Of a DNA stretch of 64,000 bases, positions 54,333 to 64,000 are shown one piece after another. The notes beneath the pieces are model-generated. The model had not been told where the DNA came from. It ran no database searches and was given only the letters and a program-made list of their open reading frames with translations. The DNA comes from Geosiphon pyriformis uo1. Lineage: Eukaryota; Fungi; Glomeromycota. Made by a program: the position numbers and the translations under genes. Within the stretch, counting starts at the first letter, position 1; every line of letters starts with the position of its first letter. The stretch is taken from positions 1 through 64,000 of the forward strand of contig JAAOMT010000714.1 of assembly GCA_016748015.1 (NCBI GenBank). Direction: 5' to 3'.

Positions 54333-55079
54333 ATTATTTCATTTTATTGCAGAGCCCCAACGCCACATGTCAAACTATAAAAGATTATCCTGCAGCTTTA
54401 GGATCCCGCCATCGGGGATTTGCGAGGAATTGAAAAACTTTTACCTAATTGTATTCTAAAATTGAAGCATGTAACCTTTCGAAGAAAAAAATCTTTTAAT
54501 AAGATCTTTGCATTGAAAGTTTTAAAATTTCTCTCGAGCGTTCAATTAAGATGAACAAATAAATAATCAAGCAATCTTTAAAACAAATTTTTCTAGAAAC
54601 AAATATATTAAAAAAATATGTATAGTTGTTTAAAAATTCAAAATATTTTTACTTATCACCTTAATGACTTCATTATACAGTAGTGTATCTTTCACAAATA
54701 TATTATCGACAACAAATAAAATAATCTTTTATTGGGTTGATTAAATCCGCTTTCAATCATCCGGATACTTTTTGAGCCCATCACACCTCAATCGGGTGAA
54801 AATACCCGGATCGGCAAAAATTCCTGACGAAAGGATAAATCCTAAATCGGTCTAAAATGGAAAAGGTATTGATTAAAAAAAATCTCATATTCATCTAAAA
54901 ATTAAGTTTCAAGTTTACAACTTTTTAGCCACAAAGATTCATATATAATAAATAAAAATCAAACAGGTTTTAATTAATCATCTTACAAAATTTTTATGTA
55001 AATCTCTATAGAAAATCCCACACTACTCTGAAATTAATATCAATTTTCGTGGAACAACGGCCTTAATTGTATACATTCA

Positions 55080-55119
<40 letters not shown>
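55080..55119. repeat. (CAT)n microsatellite
   Basis: Directly visible. Confidence 0.95.
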
Positions 55120-55296
55120 GACTTTCATAGGTTACCGAGCCTCCCTTTGAGAACTACAGCATGACCTGGTGGGTTATCAGAACGTCTGGTAGAAAACAAA
55201 AAGGTATTATTTCCAATAAATTTTTCTTTGTGTTGATCTGTACTTATATCACAGCTTGGGCAATAAAAATTTCCTTCTAATGGTCTGAGGTAAAAT

Positions 55297-55302
55297 AGTA
55301 GC

Positions 55303-55385
<83 letters not shown>
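55297..55385. repeat. (TAG)n microsatellite
   Basis: Directly visible. Confidence 0.95.
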
Positions 55386-56204
55386 ATGAAATATAAAAGG
55401 GTTTTCTGCTTTCTATTAATAATTTAAATTATAGTACATTGGGAGGTAAAAGTTCAATTTTCGAGGATGTTTATTATATGAAATTATTTTCATAATTACA
55501 AATGGGTATTAAGAAATTTTGTCAGTGCCAGAATTTAGTATATTATTTATTTTGAAAATAGAAAGGTTTTTACACCATTTTTTGTTTGGTCAAAGAAAAT
55601 TTTACTTTCAACTTACTCATTGAGAGAAAATAATTTTTCTGAAGCAATTTCTATTCCTGATAGAGTTTAATGTTCTTAATATCAAAAAGAATGAGTTTTA
55701 GTTGATAAAATTTATTATCAAATTGTTACCGGAATTTAATTTAAAGAGTTCAGCGACGAATTAGTATTTAAAAAAATGACCAATTTACTTTGCAAAGGTA
55801 GAAAAAATAACAATTTCAAGTAGGATTTTCTAAATGGTCCAGATGTAGTTTAAAAATTTTTCATTAGAAAGATGTGTTCTTTAAAATTCTCCATTTGTCA
55901 AGATAAATCCCAGAAAATTTGATTAGATAATTTTATCTCATGAAAAACTTTGAATTCATTAATTGATTTTTGATAATTCAATTTTTACATGATTTTAAAA
56001 TTATCAATGATATTTTATTACTAATTGATTTCATGTTAATTAAATGAATTAAGTTAATTCAAATTATGTATTGTTACTTAACAGAATTTTCTTTGAGACA
56101 AGAAAACTTAAGAGACGTGTGATAGTTATAATGGGAATTTGAATTTAATAACTAATTTTCAGTATTTCCTACTTGGTAAACTAAATTTTTGATCGCATGT
56201 TTTC

Positions 56205-56865
56205 CAGCTACATATTTTTCTCGATGTATGAGGCATAATAAAATATGATCTTATCAACATGATGTTCTCATATCCCTCTGGAAAGATAACTTATAGTAAT
56301 GAGGTCGGTGTCCACAGTACTTAAAGTAAATAATAAGTAAATTTCTTTCAAAGATTGTACATAAACTTTTAAATCATTTTATTTACAGCTTTAAGGTAGG
56401 TATTATTTTTATTATATTTACAACTTAAGAGTTGAAGTTTTGATATTTTATACATAAAATCTAGAAATAGGAAAAGTTTATAAATTATAAGGTTTCAAGA
56501 AAAAAATTATTTTAATATCAGTAGGCTTAAGGAGTTATATATTTTCTAACTAAATTTTTTTCATTGAAATTATTTCAAAATAAGACGAATAAAAAAGGAT
56601 AAAATAGATAAAATAAATAAAATAAAAAATGATTATAATTATTTTATCAATTTATAAATCAAAGATGATGATTGAAGAATGAAATACTATTTTTTAAAGA
56701 TGGGTTAATGTTAAATAAGAGCTATTCAAGGATGAGCTAAGGTCCAAAATTAAAAGGTCATTTCTACTAGTTAAATATTGACATATCATGAAATAAAATG
56801 TTCATGATGATGAATGGAAGAATTTTTTTGAACGTTCTTGTTCCAATAGTAATTACAGTATGATG
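56205..56865 (+). repeat. ~600-bp dispersed duplication (partner 19635-20250)
   Basis: Colinear shared blocks with small indels. Confidence 0.85.
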
Positions 56866-57699
56866 GAACTAATATTTCATATCGCAGAATTTATAGACAT
56901 TTAAAATCACTTGGATATATGAAAAACCTACCAATTACTACGCCCAATATTGACGAAAGTTCAAAACAGAAACGTGTTGAATTGGCAAAATTTCACTTTA
57001 ATGAAACAGCATTTCAACTCTTCTCAACACAATTGAACATTAGTACAGAGGAAAATGGTCAGTTCGTCCAAGATCAAAATATCGCACAAAATTTTGACGT
57101 AGGACAGTTTTTCTATGAAGGGAAAAATTATCATGGATTCTAAGTCTTATGCTGAACCTTTGCAACAGCATGTTAGGAATATTTGGCAAGTGACTCTTTT
57201 AACAAGATAACAATCCCAATCATAAAATCGAGTAACTATGGCGTTTTTTGCAAAAGATTTACCCCGAAAAAGAATGATGTTTTGGCTAATATCCCTTATA
57301 TACATCTATTATGAGCAAGAACAATTTGTATCTTATTAAATTCAAGTTATCAGTGAACTCTATCTAAATTCACGTCGTCTGAACCGACCCTAGGTCATGC
57401 ATTTAAAGACCATAATTTTTAAATACTAGATCATATAACTTGGTTGCATTAGGGGGAGTTGACTGCTTCCATGCTCTTTTAGTTCGAATTGAGTTTCCCA
57501 ATTCGTTTATTAGGTTTAAATTATCGAATCAAATCGGAGTAATTTTAGGTAATAATAAATGATAATTTTAAGGTAGATACTTAAGGAAATCTTTAAACTT
57601 CATATCAATTTTCTTTTTACTCTTGTCATAAGAGAAACTTTCAAAGTGGAATAGATAAAAATTGTTTGGTATATTGCTTGAAAGAAAAACTTTTGATTT

Positions 57700-59090
57700 C
57701 ATAAACATTTGAACTTGATATAATAATAATATAATTATAATGTTGAATTCAAAAGAAAAATATTAAATTTTTTATTTAAAATGCTAAAAAATAAAAAATA
57801 AATATTATAATTATTAATCTATTTGGGTATCAATTAGTATTCTAAGCGTTATACATACTTTAACAGCTAATATTTCAAATCAATGTAGGATTTTAAATTC
57901 TAAATTCAATACCAATCTCAATCTATGACAAAGCTTAAGTAACAGTTTCCGAAACATACCTAAACACACGAACATGTTCAAAGCATATTTAAATAATAAT
58001 AATTCGGGAAACAGACACACAATAACAGAACAGAACAGAACAGAATAGAACGGAACGGAACAGAACATAAACTTCATCATCTATATATGCTTTAGGTGTC
58101 GTATGCGTGTGAGTGGGTCTTGCCAGCAATCTAAGAGTTGGTATGAATGTGTACTAATCCTAAAAAGGAAAGCCTTTCAAGTACGTGAAAAATAAGTGGG
58201 TCTATTGATTGGCTTAAGAGAGTTTTAACCATTTATTAAGAGAGAGAAAGAGAGAAGGTAAAATGAAGAAATGAGGAAAGTGCACTAGAAAGATGAGAAA
58301 TTGAAAATTAGCAAGATACTTTAAAATTAAATTTTTTAAAGTATCTTAAAAGTGAATTATTAACTATAAATTAAAAAAAAATAAGAAGTGCATATATTGT
58401 CTTCTTTGATTATTAAAGTCTCAGATAACGTAAAGAAGGGTTTGGACAATGATCAATCTATCATGAATTTTTGGCAGAAATAGAATGAATGATTCGGACA
58501 TTCCAAAGAAGTATAATTGAAATGAATAAATACAATAAATTATATGACGAATTATTTGGATTCTCAATGTAATGCCTTTTTTTGATAGTCAGTTCGAAAA
58601 ATACATAAAGAACTAAGTAAAGAGGAGAAATACAAAAGAAGCAAAAAAAAAATCAAAGTTGGCGATAATTAAAAAAGGTCAGGAAGTATAAAAATTCAAA
58701 CCTCCGTGTAAAGTGATGGATTGTCAAAGTTATTAATATATGTGAGTTAGGCAAGTAAAATGTAAAAAGGCATATAGATCAATTAGTTTGGATTTGTAGA
58801 TCTGTAGGAATAGACAAAGGTCGGCTCGATGAGTTCTTCTTGAACTGTAAAATTAAATATTCTGCCGATTGAGAATTTTTGATACATTTTCACCAGGATT
58901 ATATTGTACTGGTGGTGGGTTTTGAGTGGAATTAATAGGGGCTGGTTGTTGATTATTGGGGACTATTGGTTGGTTTTGGTAATTGATTAATGACCTTGGG
59001 ATTAATTCCACATAAATTAGGATATCTATCGATATGTGAAGCTGTTAATAAAAATATATATTGCTAGAAGACTATTGTGATTTATTTTTA
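57700..59090 (-). repeat. Dispersed repeat module D
   Basis: 57890-58340 matches 5228-5720 including the (CAGAA)n site; 58500-58780 matches the module B/C flank. Confidence 0.8.
58783..59070 (-). pseudogene. Micro-protein family copy D (frameshifted)
   Basis: NNQPAPIN..QNPPPVQYNPGENVSKIL..TVQEELIEPTFVYSYRSTNPN, with small indels. Confidence 0.75.
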
Positions 59091-60398
59091 AAATATTGGG
59101 ATTATAATGTCAAAAAATCTCGTTTACAAGAAAGATTGAAAAATTACTTAATAATACAAAATTATGACAATGGAAAAATTTATTATCCCTGATCATCTAT
59201 TAATTCCATAAATGGGGTAAGTAAAAATGTTCCTATTTGTAAAATTTTCCAGAAAAACTGTAGCAGATATATATATAACAAAAAACATTCTTGTCAAGTT
59301 TGATTTAGTGATGGTCCTCTCCCAAACAAAATATATACACAGCATCCTATTCGTGGTACATAAGTATGATCAACCCAATTTATTTATCGATTCTAGGTTA
59401 CATATGTCTCTTTTACATATTGCTAATTGAAATAATATTTTTCGTTTTCATAAAAAGTGATAGACACAACAGCTAAGATGATAATGGATTTTAATAATGA
59501 ACTTAATAACGAACTTGAAGAATTAAGAGTAGATGATTCAATTTCGAATGTTCCAAATGTATTCAATACATCAATACTTTCTACATCAACAAAAACGACA
59601 TATAAAAAACACAAATATAATTAAATATTATTATTAAAATGCACAATATTTAAACTATATAATATTAAAAAAATTTGTGAAAATATTTAATAATTTACCA
59701 AAATGTATAAAAAAAAAATTTTTTCCTCTAAAAAATATATTTTAACTTTAATATTTAAATTTTTTAAACATATTTACAAGAAAATTAAAAAAAAATCTAA
59801 AATTCTTTTTGAAATTAATTATATTGTAAATTAATTAAAAGTTAATTAGCTACCAATTTTAAAGAAATTATTTTTGTTATATTGTATTATAGTAAACCAA
59901 AAAAGAAAAATTAATAATCAATAAAAACTAAATAATACAAAAAAATTAAAAAATTGAATATTAATAAACTGTATAATTTTACAAAAAATTTAAATAAATT
60001 TGTTAATAATTAAAATTTTTTATATAAATTTATATTTATTTTAAAGATCTTATTTAACTATTCTATTTCTGTTACTTTTGTTTAATTTACTGTATTATTA
60101 TAATTAAAACATAAGTTTATTAATTATTATATTGAAAACTTTGGTTTTTATATTTTAAATATAATTAATATAATTTTGCTTATGGTTTTTTAATAAATGT
60201 GGTGTTTTTAAAAGATTTTTTAAATTTATTATTATTTTTTTAATATAAATTCTTAAAATAAGAAAATATAATTAATTTCAGTTGATTTTAAATAAAATAT
60301 TGTTTTTTTTTGTTGTTTAAAAGTATTTTTATAATAAATTTCGAAACTATTTTTAAGTTAAAGTTTACTAAATAATATAAACTTTAAGCAATTATTCT

Positions 60399-61275
60399 AT
60401 TCAAATTCGAACAACTGGTAATGACAAAAATCGGTTTACTTGTGTCTTGGCTATAACAGCAGATGGCGGCAAACTCCCTCCTATGATAATTTTCAAAGGT
60501 GTACGAACTCCTCCTAATCTTTCTAAAGACGTTGTCGTATATATGCATGAAAAAGCTTGGATGGATGAAAATTTGATGTGTGAATGGATAGATCAAATTT
60601 GGAACAAACGTCCTGGAATATCAACAGCATCCAAAACTACCTCTTTACTTGTTATGGATTCATTTGAAGGGCACAAAACTGAATCAGTACGCCAAAAATG
60701 CAATGTTAATAATACTCATGTGGCAATGTGAGTTTGAGAAAGGAGAAAATTACCCCGATGGCAGCAAACACACTTTAGAACAAGATATTCCTGACGGTTT
60801 AACATCAATTATTCAACCTTTGGATGTATGTATAAACAAACCATTTAAAGACAGATTGAGAGAAAAATGGCGATTATGGATGAGTCATGGAGATTTTCAA
60901 TTGACTAAAGGTGGAAATTTAAAAAAACCCCAATATAATTTGATTTGCCAGTGGATTTTAGAGTTATGGAAAGATATTCCTTTAGAAATGATTATTAAAT
61001 CATTTAAAAAATGTGGAATTTCTAACGCATTAGATGGAACTGAGGATGATTTATTATATAGTTCTGATACAGAAATTAGTAATCAAATTGATGATTTAAA
61101 TGAAATAGTAAATGAAGATAATATTTCTGCTGAAGAATTAGAATTAGATAAATAAATAAAAATTTATTTTGGTATATATAAAGGGGTTGCTTATTCAACT
61201 TTTCTAAGACTTTTAGACTTAAAAAGGGAGGGTTGCTTATTCACAGGAATTGCTTATTCACGGGAGTTTACGGTA
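60399..61275 (+). mobile_element. 5'-truncated pogo/Tigger-like (Tc1-mariner, DDE_1) DNA transposon with right terminus
   Basis: TGNDKNRFTCVLAITADGGKLPPMIIFKG, KAWMD, LLVMDSFEGH, IPDGLTSIIQPLDVCINKPFK, SFKKCGISN; three TTGCTTATTCA subterminal repeats; ends GAGTTTACGG followed by TA. Confidence 0.9.
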
Positions 61276-64000
61276 TTAAAATTAATATTGTATTCAAAAT
61301 TTTTGTAATTAATTTATTAAATTTACATTTATGTTAATATTACTATTTTAATTATATCTATTTTTGTTTTTCTGAAAGCTTAAATTAAGTGTATTATTAA
61401 TTCAGTTACTACTATACTTAAAAAATTTTATCCAATTTAAAAATATGTATAAAACTTAGAAAATTAATACTTGTGGTTTTGGTAATTAATAAAAAAATAT
61501 TCGCAAAAACTTAATAAAAATAAACAGATTTTTACTAAATACTTTGATAAAATTAAAGCATTAAGTGTTTTTGGTTTAAAAAATAAATATTTATTTATTG
61601 GCTTAAGTTTAATTAATTATTTATGTATTGTAAAAAATGTAAACCAAATCTTTTGTTTGACTTTTAAAAATAAAAATAATGTAGGTTTTGGGGTAAAATT
61701 GCACTTAATTAATACATAATAATAATAATATATTGTTTGATAAGTAAATAATTTAAATAAAATAAATAAGTTTTATTTTTTTTGGTTTTATAACTAATTT
61801 TGACAAGTAATTTGTATAATGTTTAATTATTTTATTAATTTATTAGTCTATAAATAATATAAAATTAGTGATTTTTTAATTCTGAATTTTGGCTAAGTTT
61901 TTTAATTTAATAAAAGTTTTTATATTTGTAAATAAGTATTAATAATATTATTAAAAGATTTTATACTTATTTAATTGCTATTAAGATTGTTTTTGCTTTA
62001 AATTTTAAAATTAATAAAAGTATTATTAAAAATATTTTTTTCTATTTTTAATCTATAAAATATTAAACTTAAAATAAAATAACCAATTCTATGTTAATAA
62101 ATATTTTTAATTATTTTACAATAAAAGTTAATTAATTTAACTATAAGTTTTTTAAAATATGTATTAGTTACTTTACAATAAAAATCAATTCTTTTACAAA
62201 AGAACTTAATTATAGGCTTTTTATAATAATAATAATAAAATAAAAAATAAGAATTAATTAAAGTGAATTTGTTTTAATTATTAGTTGCAATAAACCTTGT
62301 TTAAGCTTAAGAGAAATAAATAAATAATTTTTTAAAATTAGTAATACATTTTAAGATTATTAATTTTAATAATATGAATTTTAAAAGAATGATTAATTTT
62401 GATAACTTGGAGTTTTCAATTCCAAAACTCTATTTTAATAATTTGTATTGTAAATAATTCTAAGAATTATAATTCTTATTTAAATACGTTTTTTAAAAAA
62501 AGAGCTTTTCTTTTACAATTTTTTTTATAGAATTATTTTGAATTTTAATATTTTTTTTGTTAATATTTAATAAATTTTTGAAAGCTAAATATATATTTTG
62601 GCAAACTATAAATTATTTTAGTAAATTATTAAATATTTTAGTAAATTTTTAAATATTTTAATAAACTTTTAATATTTTATAGTTGAGATTTTGCATTATA
62701 TTTAATCATACTTATGGATTTATATAATTAAATTATTAATTAAATAATAATAATTAATAATTTGGCTAAATATTATTTAATTTTTGTGGCTATTGTAAAT
62801 ATGACTAAAAAAATTTATAAATCTTTTACATATTTTAATTTTACAAAAACGGTTAAGGAAATATAGCCAATTTATTAAATTATATATCTTATACATATTT
62901 TGCAAAACTATTTAAAGCTTTTTATTATTTTTTAATATATTGTTAATAATTGGACTTACTATAAAAGATATTTGTATAAAAATACTTTTTAACACTAAAA
63001 ATTTTTTATTATAAAAAATATTATTAAGCTTATATACTAATAAAATCTTATTAAAGAATATTTTAGACGAAATCTTATAAGCAGTATTAATAAATATAAT
63101 AGACTGGATATTAAATTAATATGTTTTTTTGTTAAATAATTTGAGAATTATAAAAAACAATGTTTTTTTCAAAGATTCAAAACTCTTTTCTTTACTAAAT
63201 ACAAATTAAATTCAAAAGTAAATCTAAAACATATTGGTTAAAATGTTTTTAAAACTTATTTCGAATTTTGAATAAATCTGTTGTTTTTTTATCAAGCAGA
63301 TTTTTAATTATTTTAAAGAAATTTTACTTATAATTTTTATATAAATATTGTTACTAATATACTTTAAAAGAATATACTGTTCTTCTAAACAGATAAAATA
63401 TCTTCAGACATTTTTCTTTTTGTCCAATTTTTCATAGTATTAACATTATATTTGACTTTTACAGAATTAAAAATTATATTATTATTAACAATTATATTAT
63501 TTAAAATAACTTTAATAATACATTTTTTATCTAAAACAAAATTATTTATCTGTTTTTTAATAGCATTTTAATTTTTAAATCTTTTATTATTTAAGCTTTA
63601 AATATTTTCGACCAGTAATAAAATTTTTTAATTCTTGTAACTATCTGTTCAAAACATATATTAAAATCTAATACAATAAACAAAATCTAAAATTTGGTTT
63701 TTAAGAAAATTATTGGCAAAAAAACTATTATTTTAACTAACAATTTTTACATAATATTTAAATTTATATTTAATTTCAATTTTTTATATTTGTTTACAAT
63801 ATTTAAACAAAAAACCAGTATAAATTTTTCAAATTTGGACCAATTTTTTGTATTAGTTTGGCTTATTTAAAATTTTCAATGGTTTTTGTCAATTTGCTTA
63901 TAAATTATATTAATTTTAATATTAAACAAACCATTTAAACTTATTAAAACAAAAACAGTCTAATAATTTGTATTAAAAACTTTACTAATATTATAAATAC
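61276..64000. other. Extremely AT-rich ORF-less tract, probably eroded repeat DNA (similar tracts at ~28450-29800, ~32720-33400, ~59620-60398)
   Basis: Almost no CpG, no ORF of 60 aa or more, and not a simple repeat. Confidence 0.55.

Noticed and set aside
56919-57143. 74-aa ORF with a weak Sel1-like tail (AQNFDVGQFFYEGK)
   Set aside because: Too short and degenerate to call.

Overview
AT-rich eukaryotic DNA with short GT-AG introns. The gene and transposon families point to a Glomeromycota (AM-type) fungus, possibly Geosiphon; this is inferred from family resemblance and not verified. Host genes: (1) a divergent pair of KCTD/T1-type BTB genes, one joining two BTB modules through an in-frame intron; (2) a ~767-aa secreted Ser/Gln/Gly/Thr tandem-repeat protein; (3) a TKL-type kinase lacking the catalytic Asp; (4) a class-3 lipase lacking the nucleophile Ser; (5) a five-copy family of ~100-aa Asn/Pro/Gln-rich micro-genes in dispersed repeat modules. 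Mobile DNA: a full-length RNase H-bearing LINE (35412-51831, 12-bp TSD, poly-A) is split by a 9.7-kb Ty3/Gypsy LTR element (37559-47278) carrying a dUTPase, a Cys-rich insert and an extra 3' ORF; MULE, pogo and LINE relics also occur. The strongest unexplained signal is transition-only C:G>T:A mutation of the retroelements: all 21 LTR-LTR differences counted by hand are transitions and 16 lie outside CpG. This suggests a RIP-like or non-CpG-methylation genome defence in a lineage where RIP is not established. Coordinates and counts were read by eye; borders of relics and repeats are approximate.
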